A DNA stretch of 50,248 nt from Patescibacteria group bacterium (GTDB lineage Bacteria; Patescibacteriota; Patescibacteriia; SBBC01; CAIJZX01). This document shows positions 26,983-37,491 of the stretch, one piece after another (the first letter of the stretch is position 1; every line of letters begins with the position of its first letter). Both the position numbers and the translations under genes were made by a program. Below the pieces are notes generated by a model that saw only the letters and a program-made list of their open reading frames with translations, was not told the DNA's origin and searched no databases. The stretch covers positions 1-50,248 of the forward strand of contig JBBTRH010000009.1 in the NCBI GenBank assembly GCA_038065275.1. Reading direction: 5' to 3'.

Positions 26983-28849
26983 GGACCGGATCAGTCAGCT
27001 TACGCGGTTTTGATTCGAGGACGCTGGCGACCAGGGTATCGCCGACAGCGATGGCCGACTGGCCGGCCACCTTCAATCCACACTCGTTTCCGGCACTGAC
27101 TGTCTTAGCGTTCACCTTGTTCTGTTGGAGCTGGGCGATGGTCCCCGTGGCAACGGTTTTCCCGCCGCGAACGGCGTCGACGGACGCGCCCAGGGTCAGT
27201 TCACCGTCAACCACCTTGCCGCCGACGACCTGGAAGGTGTTCTCGTTACGGAAGATGGCCAGGACGTTTAACCGCCCGAGCTCCCGGCGTTCGACCAACG
27301 GCGGCAACATTGCTTCCAGCCGGGCGGTCAGGTCGTCGATCAGGTCGTAGATGACGTTGAACGTTTTGATGTCGACCGGGATATTCTTGCTCCGGGCCAA
27401 CTGGTCGGCTTTCGGCGAGACGGGGACAGCAAAGCCGTAGATTTTCGCTTGGCCCCCGGCGGCTCGCAGTACGTCCGCTTCGGCCACGATGCCCAGGCCG
27501 CGCTGGACGATCTCGACCGCGACTTCCGGGTGGGCAAGTTTCTTGAGCGACTCGGTGATCGCTTCCGCCGAGCCGAGGGTGTCGGTTTTGAGGAGGATGA
27601 ATAATTTCCTGACCGACGGCTTTTTCTCATCATCGCCGGCCGTTGATTTACCAATCGTCGGTTTAACAACCGTCTTTAGGTGGTGACGCAGTTGATGTGA
27701 CTTTACCTTCTTCTTCAATTCCTGGGCGTCAGCGCTCGAAACACGAATGATGTCGCCGACTTGCGGCGCCGCTTTCAGGCCGAGAATCTGCACCGGCATT
27801 GACGGTCCGGCGACTGGCACGGCCTGACCGCGATCATTCTTCAGCGCCCGCACTTTCCCCCACACCTGACCGACGGCGATGTCGTCGCCGACCTTTAATG
27901 TGCCGGTCTGGATCAACACTGAGGCAACCGGTCCTTGTTTCGGATCGACATGCGATTCGATGACGGTTCCGATCGCGGCGCGCTTCGGGTTGACCTTCAG
28001 TTTTTCCGCTTCCACATCCGCCAATAGCAGAATAGCTTCCAGTAAATCGTCAACTCCCTGTTTTGTTTTGGCCGAGACTTCAACCACCGGCACCTGGCCG
28101 CCCCAGCCTTCTAAGAGCACGTTGCGCTCCGCTAGCTCCTTCTTCACCTTCTCACTATTGGCTTCCGGCTTGTCGACCTTGGAAATAGCGACGAGGAAGG
28201 GCAGTTTAGCATCGGTAATGATTCGCAAGGCCTCGTCGGTTTGCGGTTTGACGCCGTCATCGGCGGCCACGACCAAAATGGCCACATCGGCTACCTTGGC
28301 GCCGCGGGCGCGCATTTGGGTGAAAGCTTCGTGTCCGGGCGTGTCGATGAAGGTGATCGTGCGATCAGCACGATCATCCTGAGCGTCGCGAAGGATCCCT
28401 CGCGGTGCTCGGGATACTGGCTTCCCCTCCGGTGAAACCAGTATCTGGTAAGCGCCGATTTTCTGGGTGATCCCGCCGGCTTCATCGGTGGTAACGGTAG
28501 TTGAACGGATGGCGTCAAGGAGCGACGTTTTTCCGTGGTCAACGTGGCCGGCCACCACCACCACCGGCGGCCGCGCCACCAGTGTCACGCCGTCTTCCTC
28601 TTGCAAATATTCTTCGATCGTCGTGCCGACCGGCGCCGCGACGTCCTCATCGGCACTGTCAAGTTCAACTTTCTTGCCGAGATCTTCGGCGATGATCGAG
28701 GCGGTATCGAAATCGATCTCTTGGTTAATCGCCGCCATGACGCCGTTTTTGATCAGTTCGGCGGATACAGCGGTGACCGGTAGGTCAAGCCTGGCCGCGA
28801 AGTCGCGGACCACAATGGTGGATGGGATTTTGATAGTCATTTCGGCCAT
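26966..28849 (-). CDS. infB: Translation initiation factor IF-2
   Basis: 627 aa with G domain motifs GHVDHGKTSLLD, DTPGHEAF and NKVD-like (SKVDK), plus conserved C-terminal domains. Confidence 0.96.
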   Translation of the reverse strand: MAEMTIKIPSTIVVRDFAARLDLPVTAVSAELIKNGVMAAINQEIDFDTASIIAEDLGKKVELDSADEDVAAPVGTTIEEYLQEEDGVTLVARPPVVVVAGHVDHGKTSLLDAIRSTTVTTDEAGGITQKIGAYQILVSPEGKPVSRAPRGILRDAQDDRADRTITFIDTPGHEAFTQMRARGAKVADVAILVVAADDGVKPQTDEALRIITDAKLPFLVAISKVDKPEANSEKVKKELAERNVLLEGWGGQVPVVEVSAKTKQGVDDLLEAILLLADVEAEKLKVNPKRAAIGTVIESHVDPKQGPVASVLIQTGTLKVGDDIAVGQVWGKVRALKNDRGQAVPVAGPSMPVQILGLKAAPQVGDIIRVSSADAQELKKKVKSHQLRHHLKTVVKPTIGKSTAGDDEKKPSVRKLFILLKTDTLGSAEAITESLKKLAHPEVAVEIVQRGLGIVAEADVLRAAGGQAKIYGFAVPVSPKADQLARSKNIPVDIKTFNVIYDLIDDLTARLEAMLPPLVERRELGRLNVLAIFRNENTFQVVGGKVVDGELTLGASVDAVRGGKTVATGTIAQLQQNKVNAKTVSAGNECGLKVAGQSAIAVGDTLVASVLESKPRKLTDPVHGPAS

Positions 28850-28863
28850 AAATGCTCAGCGAG

Positions 28864-28941
28864 TCCCGTTAGAAGCTAATTTCCCCCGCGTCCTCTGATC
28901 GGGCAATAAAGTAATTTTTTCCGTCGCCGCCTCTAACGGGA
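28864..28941. mobile_element. MITE-like element, (T)CCCGTTAGA family, copy d (78 bp, TSD CGAG)
   Basis: tcccgttagaagc pairs with gcctctaacggga. CGAG is present on both flanks (28860-28863 and 28942-28945). It lies 15 nt upstream of the infB start. Confidence 0.7.
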
Positions 28942-29114
28942 CGAGTGTACAAGAAAAACTCTATTACGTCAACGACCGTTGTGTTTCTGTTATCCACGCA
29001 CCAAGAAGACCACGGGTTTACCCGTGGATGAATTGGTCTTCTGGTGCGGGATGTTCGCCCCTGGCGAAGTTTACGGTACCACGGATTTATCCGTGGGGCT
29101 CCATTTGCCGAATT

Positions 29115-29214
29115 CCCCCGTAGGGGCGGGTTTCTCCCACCACCCCGCGCCTTCCTTCCCTCGACAAGCTCGGGACAGGCAGGGCAGGAGAACATAACCC
29201 GCCCCTACGGGGGA
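29115..29214. repeat. Hairpin element with perfect 18-bp inverted repeat CCCCCGTAGGGGCGGGTT
   Basis: 29115-29132 is the reverse complement of 29197-29214, with a 64-nt loop. It lies in a hairpin-rich non-coding stretch of about 500 nt. Confidence 0.7.
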
Positions 29215-29461
29215 TGCAATAAAAACACCGCGACAAAAACCGGATCCTCGGGTGGTCTGGTTTTAGTGAAAGAGCGGATAGAGCGTCTTTGATTCTACCG
29301 CATGGTACAGCTCGATGGTTTTCAAAACCTGACTCGCGGCCGCACTGCGCAATGATAAGGCGACTTACGAACCGGCCGACAGATGCTATCACGTCGCGAT
29401 AAGTTGACTTCCCTAGTAGGGGGGGTATCTTGGTAATAGCTTACTAGTTAAGACTTTACAT

Positions 29462-30178
29462 ATGTCAATTGAAGACGAAAATAAGCATGAATTATTTGAG
29501 ACGTCCTCCCTTGAGGAACGTGAGGAGTCTAAAGGGTCAGGGAGTGAACCGGCCAAAGGGCGGACAATAAAGTTACCCTCACGACCGATAGCCTCTGATT
29601 ACGATAGAAAGAAATACAAGGCTACTGAAAAAGATTTTGAGGCAAAGAAAGAACGTTTAGGGGCCGCTCGTACTAACCTCGAACACACAGACATCGGATA
29701 TGGACCGCTCGGCAATCCTCCGAAGGAACACTTAGAAAAAGTTGATAGAGCTTCCGTTCGTCGTTTTGTTGCGGAAGAAGAGTATGAGTGGGCTAAACAA
29801 CGCCTCGAACATCTGTATGAATCTGGACGTCAAGAAGCGCTGGAATTAAACGGTAAACTTGATGAATTGGCGAAGGAACACGGTAAGGATTCAGATGAGG
29901 TTAGGCTATTCATCCATAAGCGGTTAAGCGATGTACTCGAAGGCGAGGGGGAGGTTGCGTTATTTGTACGTGAGCTTCCAAGCAAGAGCCCACAGGAGCG
30001 CGAAGAAATTCTTTGGTCACTTATCGCTTTGAGGAAAGATCTAGTGGCTCAACATCAAGAAGCGGCGGAAAAGGCTCGAGGCGACTATTATAGCAGTGGA
30101 CACTATGATGCCGAGAAACTTTATGCGAGAATAAAGACCATCGACAAGAAAATAGAAGTCCTTCAAAGCGATCGATAA
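29462..30178 (+). CDS. Hypothetical charged/coiled-coil protein (238 aa), AT-richer patch
   Basis: Long ORF followed by the hairpin aaaaaccggatcctcccggggtccggttttt. Confidence 0.5.
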   Translation: MSIEDENKHELFETSSLEEREESKGSGSEPAKGRTIKLPSRPIASDYDRKKYKATEKDFEAKKERLGAARTNLEHTDIGYGPLGNPPKEHLEKVDRASVRRFVAEEEYEWAKQRLEHLYESGRQEALELNGKLDELAKEHGKDSDEVRLFIHKRLSDVLEGEGEVALFVRELPSKSPQEREEILWSLIALRKDLVAQHQEAAEKARGDYYSSGHYDAEKLYARIKTIDKKIEVLQSDR

Positions 30179-30251
30179 TTTCAGGGGATTTATCCCTAAG
30201 AAAAACCGGATCCTCCCGGGGTCCGGTTTTTGGAAAGGGCGAGTGGAGGAG

Positions 30252-30773
30252 TTATTCGGCGCCCTCCTCGTTGCGCTTATTGACGAGGTACACGAGATTC
30301 GCCAACGCGACGTTCCAGTTTTCCCCCCCATCGTTACAAGCATCGCTGAGGCTAAAGGGGGCGCCCCTGTCTCCGAAAGCCGCTCGGAGTCCCACGTCAT
30401 TAAACCATGTGACGTCGGCTCCGTGGTGGTAGCTGTCGGTGCAGATGACCACGGGAATACCCCTGGCCACGCACCAGATTACAACTGCCAGTCCGGCTGG
30501 GGGCGGGTCCTGCTGGAGCTTCCTGACCGTGGCCAGGTCCAACCCCGAATGACCCACCCGGGGATAGAAGTGTAGGTCGGTGATTACCCCCGATAGGGTG
30601 TCCTTCATTGCCTCGAGTCTTTCGAAAACGAACTCGAGGGGCACCATGTCCATTCGGAACGACTCCATCTCGATATCGAGATGGGTGCCGGAAATTGCTC
30701 CCGCGACTGCCCGCTGTGCCCGCACCATCTCCTCGGGCTTGTCTTCGATCAACACGATCTTCATCTTCTTCAT
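30252..30773 (-). CDS. Hypothetical protein with CheY-like receiver-type N-terminus
   Basis: MKKMKIVLIEDKPEEMVRAQ... is receiver-like. I cannot assign the C-terminal part. Confidence 0.45.
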   Translation of the reverse strand: MKKMKIVLIEDKPEEMVRAQRAVAGAISGTHLDIEMESFRMDMVPLEFVFERLEAMKDTLSGVITDLHFYPRVGHSGLDLATVRKLQQDPPPAGLAVVIWCVARGIPVVICTDSYHHGADVTWFNDVGLRAAFGDRGAPFSLSDACNDGGENWNVALANLVYLVNKRNEEGAE

Positions 30774-30962
30774 CTTATTCCTCCTGTTTTAAGGTACAGC
30801 TGCCCCGGTTGCCTTTACATCTGTTTCTCAGCGTGACCCAACATGATATTCCTAATCTTCATTAATGTCAATGCTTACGACTAAGTTTGTGTGTAAAACT
30901 TGACTTTTTAAGCATTTGGTGCTAATATTAGTACAGTAATTTTTGTCGCAGATTACGTCATA

Positions 30963-31697
30963 ATGGTTACTGCATCTTCCGCAATAATAAAAAATCTCGG
31001 CTTTACCGAGCCCCAAGCAAAGGTCTATTTCGCGGCCATGGAGCTTGGGTCAGCCACGATTCAGCAACTGGCCCACAAATCCGGAGTCAAACGAACCACC
31101 ATTTACACCTTTATTGACGAACTGCGGCAGAAGAACCTCCTGACCGAGACGCGCAAAAAGAAGCGGAATTATTTCTCGGCGGTTCATCCGGAACAGCTCG
31201 TCGCAATCGAACGCGGCCGACTCGGGGAACTCGAACAGCTCCTGCCACAACTCGTGGCGTTTTACAATAAAACGGACGTCAAGCCGCGCGTGACGTACTA
31301 TGAAGGACACGACGGTATTAAGGATGTGTTCGCCGACACGTTGAGGGAAAAGAAACCGATTATCGGCTGGGTGGATATGGAGAAGACCGAGGAAGCAATG
31401 TCCGCGTACTTCGCCTTCTACACTCCGGAGCGGGTGCGTCAGAATATTACCTACCAAGCGATCGTCCGGGACACGCCAGCCGCTCGAGAAGCGGCGAAGA
31501 AAAATGTCGGCGCGTTGCGTGAGTATCGCTTTGCCCCCGGCAAGGAATTGACCACGGAAGTGAACGTCTATGGCCATAAGGTCATGCTCGTCAATTTCAC
31601 GAGTCGTCCTCCGTTTGGAATCATCATCGAGGATCCAGGCATTGCTGCGACCATGCGCTTTGCCTGGCAGTTGGTCTGGGATCGGTTGCCGGATTGA
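30963..31697 (+). CDS. TrmB-family transcriptional regulator
   Basis: LGFTEPQAKVYFAAMELGSATIQQLAHKSGVKRTTIYTFIDELRQKNLL is a TrmB-type winged helix, followed by a C-terminal sensor-like domain. Confidence 0.75.
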   Translation: MVTASSAIIKNLGFTEPQAKVYFAAMELGSATIQQLAHKSGVKRTTIYTFIDELRQKNLLTETRKKKRNYFSAVHPEQLVAIERGRLGELEQLLPQLVAFYNKTDVKPRVTYYEGHDGIKDVFADTLREKKPIIGWVDMEKTEEAMSAYFAFYTPERVRQNITYQAIVRDTPAAREAAKKNVGALREYRFAPGKELTTEVNVYGHKVMLVNFTSRPPFGIIIEDPGIAATMRFAWQLVWDRLPD

Positions 31698-31753
31698 CAA
31701 AATCCCGCTTAGCTGAAGAGGGGTCTCTACGCGCCGCGGAGCAGGGGTGGTCT

Positions 31754-32503
31754 TTAAAACGCCCGATCTTTCCCGACAATCACCTCGAGCTTGCGCCGCA
31801 CGACTTCAACCGTGGCCGGCGTCTTGACCGTTACCTGGCCGTCGAGGGTCAGGTTGACCGGTCCGGCCGGCGAGGTGAACTTCGCTTTGGTGATGGAGAA
31901 GACGCTTCCGCCGGACGAACGACGGCCGGGTAGCCAGCCCCTGGCTCCCCGACCCGGCGTCACGATCAATTCCAGCCGGCCATCATCCGGCTGTCCGGCG
32001 GTTCCGGCTGGCGGGAAATTGGCGGTCATCAATGACCCGGCCGGATCAAGGGAGGTCACGCGATACTGTCCGCCGCAGTCGACCGTCACGTCCGCCGGCG
32101 CGACCAGGTTAAACAGGAAGTAAACGGCATTGGCCCGCCCCAAATCGAGTCGGCGGAGAATCCGGCGCGATAAAACGTCGCAGGCGACGACGCCGTCAGG
32201 GATGCCGAGGGCGCGAGCGATCGTCTGCTGCGGCCCGAGCGGAATAAGCCCGAGGGTTACGTCGCTGTCGATGATCTGCGGCAGGACCTTGGTGATCGTC
32301 TCGTCATTCCCCACCACGACCAGCGTGGCCACGCCGCGCTTGATCGCCTGGCGCGCCGCCTCCTGGATATTCTTCAGGATGGTCATCTTCTCGATCTTCC
32401 CCTGGATACCAAGCGTGGACAGTCGGTTCTCGATCTGTCCGATGTCGTGTTGATACTTCCGCTCCTGCAGGAAGCTGTCGAAAAGGTAAGCGTACATCGG
32501 CAC
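31754..32503 (-). CDS. Diacylglycerol/lipid kinase catalytic-domain family protein
   Basis: 249 aa with a TLVVVGNDETITKV (GGDGT-like) motif and overall YegS/BmrU-like layout. Confidence 0.6.
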   Translation of the reverse strand: MPMYAYLFDSFLQERKYQHDIGQIENRLSTLGIQGKIEKMTILKNIQEAARQAIKRGVATLVVVGNDETITKVLPQIIDSDVTLGLIPLGPQQTIARALGIPDGVVACDVLSRRILRRLDLGRANAVYFLFNLVAPADVTVDCGGQYRVTSLDPAGSLMTANFPPAGTAGQPDDGRLELIVTPGRGARGWLPGRRSSGGSVFSITKAKFTSPAGPVNLTLDGQVTVKTPATVEVVRRKLEVIVGKDRAF

Positions 32504-32511
32504 CGGGCCGG

Positions 32512-32895
32512 CTACTTGCCGGGTTTCGCTTCAACCGTTTCGTGACCGGCCATGCTGACCTTGCCGTGCAGGATCGCGCCGTGCGCCACGGCGATGGTCT
32601 GGGTGTCGACGTTGCCGAAAATTTTGCCGGTGGCCAGGATTTCCACCCGGCCGCTGCAACTGACCTGGCCGCGGATCTCGCCCGCCACGACCACGTTGGC
32701 GGCTTCGACGTCAGCCTTCACGACCGCCTGTTCGCCGACGCGGAGGTTCTTACTCGTTTTCAGGGTGCCGGCCACATGGCCTTCGATCACGACGTCGCCG
32801 GTGCCGACGAAATTCCCCTCGACCTTAACGGTGGCGCCGATGATGGTTTCGACGTCTTTGACGTCAGCCCCACTGTCACGTTGAAACATAGCCAT
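32512..32895 (-). CDS. Bactofilin-family cytoskeletal protein
   Basis: ORF 32512..33021 with likely start MAMFQRDSG at 32895. The repetitive beta-helical pattern is VKVEGNFVGTGDVVIEGHVAGTL...VVAGEIRGQV...ATGKIFGNV...HGAILHGKV. Confidence 0.8.
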   Translation of the reverse strand: MAMFQRDSGADVKDVETIIGATVKVEGNFVGTGDVVIEGHVAGTLKTSKNLRVGEQAVVKADVEAANVVVAGEIRGQVSCSGRVEILATGKIFGNVDTQTIAVAHGAILHGKVSMAGHETVEAKPGK

Positions 32896-33053
32896 AAGGG
32901 TGTGTGCGAATAATGAACTTGTGACGGTAGTGTATGGCGTAACCGACCGGGTGTCAACGGATGCTCCACCCTGCAACACAGCACCACTGAACACTTTTGG
33001 TGTACAGCAGACGACGATCAATTATTGGTCGATATTTTTTGGGAAGTGATATT

Positions 33054-36000
33054 CTATTTTCCCGTCGGTATTGTGAGTTGCCAACCGACACGTAGGAGTT
33101 GCGGCTGTGATTCGAGACTCGGGTGCGCGGCGACATTTGCCGCCTGGATGTCAGTCCACTGCCGTCCATCTCCAAACAACTCTTGAGCGATCTTCCACAG
33201 GGAATCTCCGGCTTGGACGACGTAGGTCGTCGGCTGTTCGTAGCGGAGAATGACATTGGTGCCGGGACCGGCAGCGGTCTTGGTGAAGGCGGTGATGCCG
33301 GTGGGGACGCTCGGTCGTCCGTTGCTGTTCACAGTCACCAGCGATACGGTGTGCTTGCCGACGGACAGCGATGACGGGGGCGTGATGGTGGTGATGAACC
33401 CGAACGATGGCGGCGCCGATGACGTCGTATTGATGGTTTTTACCACTGTCGCATCAATGAGGATCTTGACCGTCGCATTGACCGGAGCGACAGCCCCGAG
33501 GGTAATCGACGGTTGCGCCCCATCGGTGACGTTGCGCCAAATCACGGTCGTGCCCACGCTCCCTTTGGTGACGGTAATGGTCAATGGCGCTGATTCCTCG
33601 CTCACCCGGCCATTCACATCCTTGGCCCGGACCACGATGGCATGGGTGCCAAGGCTCAGAGCCTTGCTCAAATCAACGAAGTACTTTCCGTCAGGCCCAA
33701 CCAAGACCGTTCGGACCAACACCCGATCGACGACTACGAAAATGGTGCCTCCGGCTGGGCCGGTACCGACGATGGTGGGAGCAGTATCGGCCGTTAATAC
33801 TAATTCCGCTGAGTTAGAAATCGTCGGGGTGGCAACGGTTGAAGCCGGTGGCGTTGGAGCTGGAACAATCGCGGTGGTAGTGGTAAAGGTGGCGTCAGCG
33901 TCATTGGTTGAAGTGCTACCCACCGATAAGACTTCGTAGTGATAGGTCGCGCCGGGCGTCAAACCGGTCAAGGAGACGGAGTGGCCGGTGACCAGGGTCG
34001 AGTCGCTGACTTCTAAACCGTAATCCGTAGTCGACCCGTAGCGGACTTTCGACGTGGCCGGTTCATTTGTCGTCCAGGTGACCGTGACCGCGGTTGAGCT
34101 GACGGCGGTGACTTGAACGTTCGTAATTAGTGTGTGTACCCCGGCCGCGGTGGCGAATGACAAATCGGCCGACAGGGCGGTATTGCCGGCTTGATCGCTT
34201 CCCAGGGCGCGGGCATGGAACGTCGTATTGTTTGCCAGTCCGGAAATGGTCACCGTGTGTGCGGTCGTCAGCGTTGAATCGAGCGTCGTCGTGGTTCCGT
34301 AAGCGCTTGTCAGACCATATTCGATTTGCGCGGTCGCCGGTTCATTGGTGGTCCAGTTCAAAACGGCGGCGGTGGTTGTCGGCGCGGCGGTAAAACTGCT
34401 GATCGCCGGAGCGACCGTATCTTTGACTATTGTAAATGCGTCATCAAGTTCAGCGCTAAGAGTATCAAGAGCGACGACTTTCACGGATACGTAATTTGTA
34501 CCCTCTTGCAGACTGGCGGAATCCACGCTCCAGTTAGTGGCATAGCTGTCAGTATCGGTCGTGAAGATGTTCGTCCAGTCCTTCAGGAGCGTTCCCGTCT
34601 TCCCCGATCCGCTGTACACGGCGTATTGAGCGTAGTCGAGTTGCGGGCCGGTCGGAGCCTTGGCAAAGTCGACGTCGTACGTTGTGCCGCTACTCTTGCG
34701 CGGCGTCAGATCGCCGGTTTGGTTATCGGTGATACTCGGCAGGGACGTGTTGACGGTGACGCCATTCGAGGAAGTTGACGATCCGGTGTTCCCGGCATTA
34801 TCAACCGCCCGCACCGACACGTAGTACGTCGTGCCAGAGGCAAGCGACAAGCTTCCCTTCGTGACTGTGGTGCCGGTACTGTTGTCGGTCCAGCCCACAA
34901 CATCGATGCCCCCCGGCGTTGTGCCGATCGCGTACTGGTATTTCTGGAGACCGGAAGTGGTGTCGGTTGAGGCGGTCCAATTGGCGGACAATGTCGTTAA
35001 GCTTGTCGTATAGGTCGCATCAGCGCCGGTGCCGTCGTTCACCATGGCCGGTGTCGTCGGATTGGCGCCGTCAAAATAATACGGTCCGTAATTTGTGCCG
35101 CTACCGTTGGCTGAATCTTCGGCGTTGAAAGACTGCACGTGGAGATACCATGAATTACTGTCGCTCGTGGCGGCCTTATTGAGAGTCGTGCCGGCATCGG
35201 TGCACGTCCCGCCCGGGCATTTCGCATTCGCATCGCTCCAGGTACTCTCGGATCCGGTAAAGGAATGTGCGGCGTTCGTATCCCAGACGTAGCGGTAGTA
35301 CTGGACGCCGCCGGCTCCCCAACTTGCGGCGTTGGTGAAGGGAAACACGCCTGATGTATACCAGGTCGAAGCGGAGCGTGTGCTTGTCACGTTCGGCGTT
35401 GCCGACAGGGTGTACTTTGTCGCGGCTGACGTCAAACTCGTTTCATCCGTGTTGCCATTCCGTGCTTTTGCCTGGAAACTGTACTGCGTGTTCGCGGTCA
35501 GGCCGGACTTGGGCCATGAATTCGTCTGCGTCCAGCCGGAGTTCGTCGCCGTCACAGATTCTTGGAAGTACAGACCTGACGACCCGCTCGACAGGTTTGT
35601 CAGGGTCCCGCTTGCGGAAACGGCGATGCTCGTTGTGCCAACAGTTCCAAAGATAATACCCGTCGGCGTTTCAATAGACGCGTACGCGGACGCGTCCGGT
35701 CCGTCGGTATTCCCCTGAGCGTCCGTGACGTTCGGGTGCCGCGTGTACTGCGTGTTCGCGGACAGCCCGGTTTCGGCGCAGCTCTGGCTATTGGCCGCCA
35801 GGTTGGTACAGCCGGTGACATTGGCGTGGCTGGCGTCATGCACGTCGTAGCGGGTTTCGGCCGTGGCGTTGTCCATCCAGGTCCAGTTGACCGTGCTCGT
35901 CGTGTTGCCGCTATGGCTCGTCCCAGTCGGCGCCTGCGGCGGCAGGGTGTAAGTCACGCGCAACTGCGGTTTGTTTGATGCGGCGTCGACGGAGTTGATG

Positions 36001-36914
36001 GCTCCGAAGCTGATACTCGAACTCTCGCTCAGAGCCAAAGGCAAAATATCGGAACCGGTCAGGCGGGTTTGAATTTCCGAATCGGCCGTAGCGCCGAGGT
36101 CCACGGTCTTGACGCCGGTCGTATTCCAGTCCGCGGGGGTGGCGTAGGTTGTCCCGGCCGTCGAGGAGTTCCACAATCCGCCAGCCGTGGTACACGATAG
36201 CGCGTCAAGCCCATCGGTGTTTGAACGAATAATACTGGGGGTACTAGCGTCAAATGCAGTCGCGACGTTCACGATCAGTTCGCTGTTAGTGATTGTGGCG
36301 TTGTCCGGGATCGAGGTCAGGCTGAACTTCATGGCGGCGCGTTTGAAGGTGCTCACCCAGGGACAGGGATTGGCACCCTGGTTATCGGAGTATGCTGAGA
36401 GCGTCGTGGCCGCGGCGTTGTCGCAGCTGTAGGAAGTCACGGGCGGTACGCATTCAGGATCGACGCCGTCCTTGGTAATGTATTTTATAGCTGTTCGGTC
36501 CCAGGTTGGGTTCAGCGTGACGCTGGCGGTATACGCTTCAGCTTTAGTGGGTCGGAAAATTTTCCACACGCCGTACCCCAGCGCATAGAATTGCAAGGCG
36601 ACAAAAATGACCGTGGTCATTACTAGCATCACCGACGCACGCATCCGTCGGAGGTATCCATTGTACGATTCCAAGTAACAGCCGTTGTCGCTCCGGATGG
36701 CCGCCTCCTCGAAACCCTTCGTGGACGTAACCCGGAAATGAAGCGGTAGCTCGAGGAGAAAAGACAACGTTACTAACGGGATGACCGCGAAAGACAACAC
36801 CACAAAATACCCCAGTTGGAAGATAGCTGGGACTCGAGACGTGCCTAGTGCCGATCGCAAACGGGAGGTAAATGCTACAACTTGCTTCCGTCCGCTGACG
36901 AGCCAACTTACCAT
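33054..36914 (-). CDS. Very large cell-surface protein (N-terminal TM region, many FN3/Ig-like repeats, C-terminal LysM)
   Basis: 1286 aa, rich in Thr/Ser/Ala/Asn repeats. It has repeated modules WTTNEPAT...YG...T.H.V..SGL...T.YH. The C-terminus YVVQAGDSLWKIAQELFGDGRQWTDIQAAN...WQLTIP is a LysM motif. Confidence 0.8.
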   Translation of the reverse strand: MVSWLVSGRKQVVAFTSRLRSALGTSRVPAIFQLGYFVVLSFAVIPLVTLSFLLELPLHFRVTSTKGFEEAAIRSDNGCYLESYNGYLRRMRASVMLVMTTVIFVALQFYALGYGVWKIFRPTKAEAYTASVTLNPTWDRTAIKYITKDGVDPECVPPVTSYSCDNAAATTLSAYSDNQGANPCPWVSTFKRAAMKFSLTSIPDNATITNSELIVNVATAFDASTPSIIRSNTDGLDALSCTTAGGLWNSSTAGTTYATPADWNTTGVKTVDLGATADSEIQTRLTGSDILPLALSESSSISFGAINSVDAASNKPQLRVTYTLPPQAPTGTSHSGNTTSTVNWTWMDNATAETRYDVHDASHANVTGCTNLAANSQSCAETGLSANTQYTRHPNVTDAQGNTDGPDASAYASIETPTGIIFGTVGTTSIAVSASGTLTNLSSGSSGLYFQESVTATNSGWTQTNSWPKSGLTANTQYSFQAKARNGNTDETSLTSAATKYTLSATPNVTSTRSASTWYTSGVFPFTNAASWGAGGVQYYRYVWDTNAAHSFTGSESTWSDANAKCPGGTCTDAGTTLNKAATSDSNSWYLHVQSFNAEDSANGSGTNYGPYYFDGANPTTPAMVNDGTGADATYTTSLTTLSANWTASTDTTSGLQKYQYAIGTTPGGIDVVGWTDNSTGTTVTKGSLSLASGTTYYVSVRAVDNAGNTGSSTSSNGVTVNTSLPSITDNQTGDLTPRKSSGTTYDVDFAKAPTGPQLDYAQYAVYSGSGKTGTLLKDWTNIFTTDTDSYATNWSVDSASLQEGTNYVSVKVVALDTLSAELDDAFTIVKDTVAPAISSFTAAPTTTAAVLNWTTNEPATAQIEYGLTSAYGTTTTLDSTLTTAHTVTISGLANNTTFHARALGSDQAGNTALSADLSFATAAGVHTLITNVQVTAVSSTAVTVTWTTNEPATSKVRYGSTTDYGLEVSDSTLVTGHSVSLTGLTPGATYHYEVLSVGSTSTNDADATFTTTTAIVPAPTPPASTVATPTISNSAELVLTADTAPTIVGTGPAGGTIFVVVDRVLVRTVLVGPDGKYFVDLSKALSLGTHAIVVRAKDVNGRVSEESAPLTITVTKGSVGTTVIWRNVTDGAQPSITLGAVAPVNATVKILIDATVVKTINTTSSAPPSFGFITTITPPSSLSVGKHTVSLVTVNSNGRPSVPTGITAFTKTAAGPGTNVILRYEQPTTYVVQAGDSLWKIAQELFGDGRQWTDIQAANVAAHPSLESQPQLLRVGWQLTIPTGK

Positions 36915-37043
36915 AATCTGTAAGGATTTATATTTCTATTTTCATTTGTATTTTAGCATAAAACAAGTACTTCTGTCAACTCATGAGTTGTAATTATGTA
37001 GGTTGTAATATATAGCTAATGAGTTACACTAACCAAACTCTAT

Positions 37044-37199
37044 ATGACATATAACCCGGAAGTAAAAAAAGATCTCGTAAAAGTGCTAGTAATATTTCTG
37101 TTTTTTTCAGGTGTATTAATGGGATTAAAAATGTACGACACTAAAACAAGTGAAATACTGAAAATTGGCGAAAAAATATTGAGAACATATATTAAATAG
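37044..37199 (+). CDS. Possible small membrane peptide (51 aa)
   Basis: Hand-found ORF MTYNPEVKKDLVKVLVIFLFFSGVLMGLKMYDTK... in an AT-rich intergenic region. It has no other support. Confidence 0.2.
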   Translation: MTYNPEVKKDLVKVLVIFLFFSGVLMGLKMYDTKTSEILKIGEKILRTYIK

Positions 37200-37257
37200 T
37201 TTTACGAAGCATAAATCAATATATTACCTGTTTTTGTTCATAGTTTACATTAACCAC

Positions 37258-37329
37258 GCCCTTGTAGCTCAAGGGATAGAGCAAGCCCGTCCTAAGGGCG
37301 AGATGCAGGTTCGATTCCTGCCGAGGGCA
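37258..37329 (+). tRNA. tRNA-Arg (anticodon CCT)
   Basis: gcccttg ta gctc-aagggata-gagc a agccc-gtCCTaa-gggcg agat gcagg-ttcgatt-cctgc cgagggc A. One A:G mismatch at the top of the anticodon stem. Confidence 0.75.
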
Positions 37330-37350
37330 TAGGTGTAAACAAGAATAATA

Positions 37351-37478
37351 AGCTCGTCCTAAGGGCGAGCGTAGGGTTCGCCAGGTCACTCGACCTGGTG
37401 TCCGGCCTACTGACCGGACGATTCATGGTGGGGGTAGAGGCGAAGGCAGGCGGGGCAAGTCCTGCCCACAGGGTACCA
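37351..37478 (+). pseudogene. tRNA-Arg(CCT)-like 3' remnant with hairpin inserts
   Basis: agctc-gtCCTaa-gggcg agcgt aggg-ttcg[ccaggtcactcgacctgg][tgtccggcctactgaccggacg]attc... ends ...gggtacca. Confidence 0.35.
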
Positions 37479-37491
37479 AAAGCATAATAAT

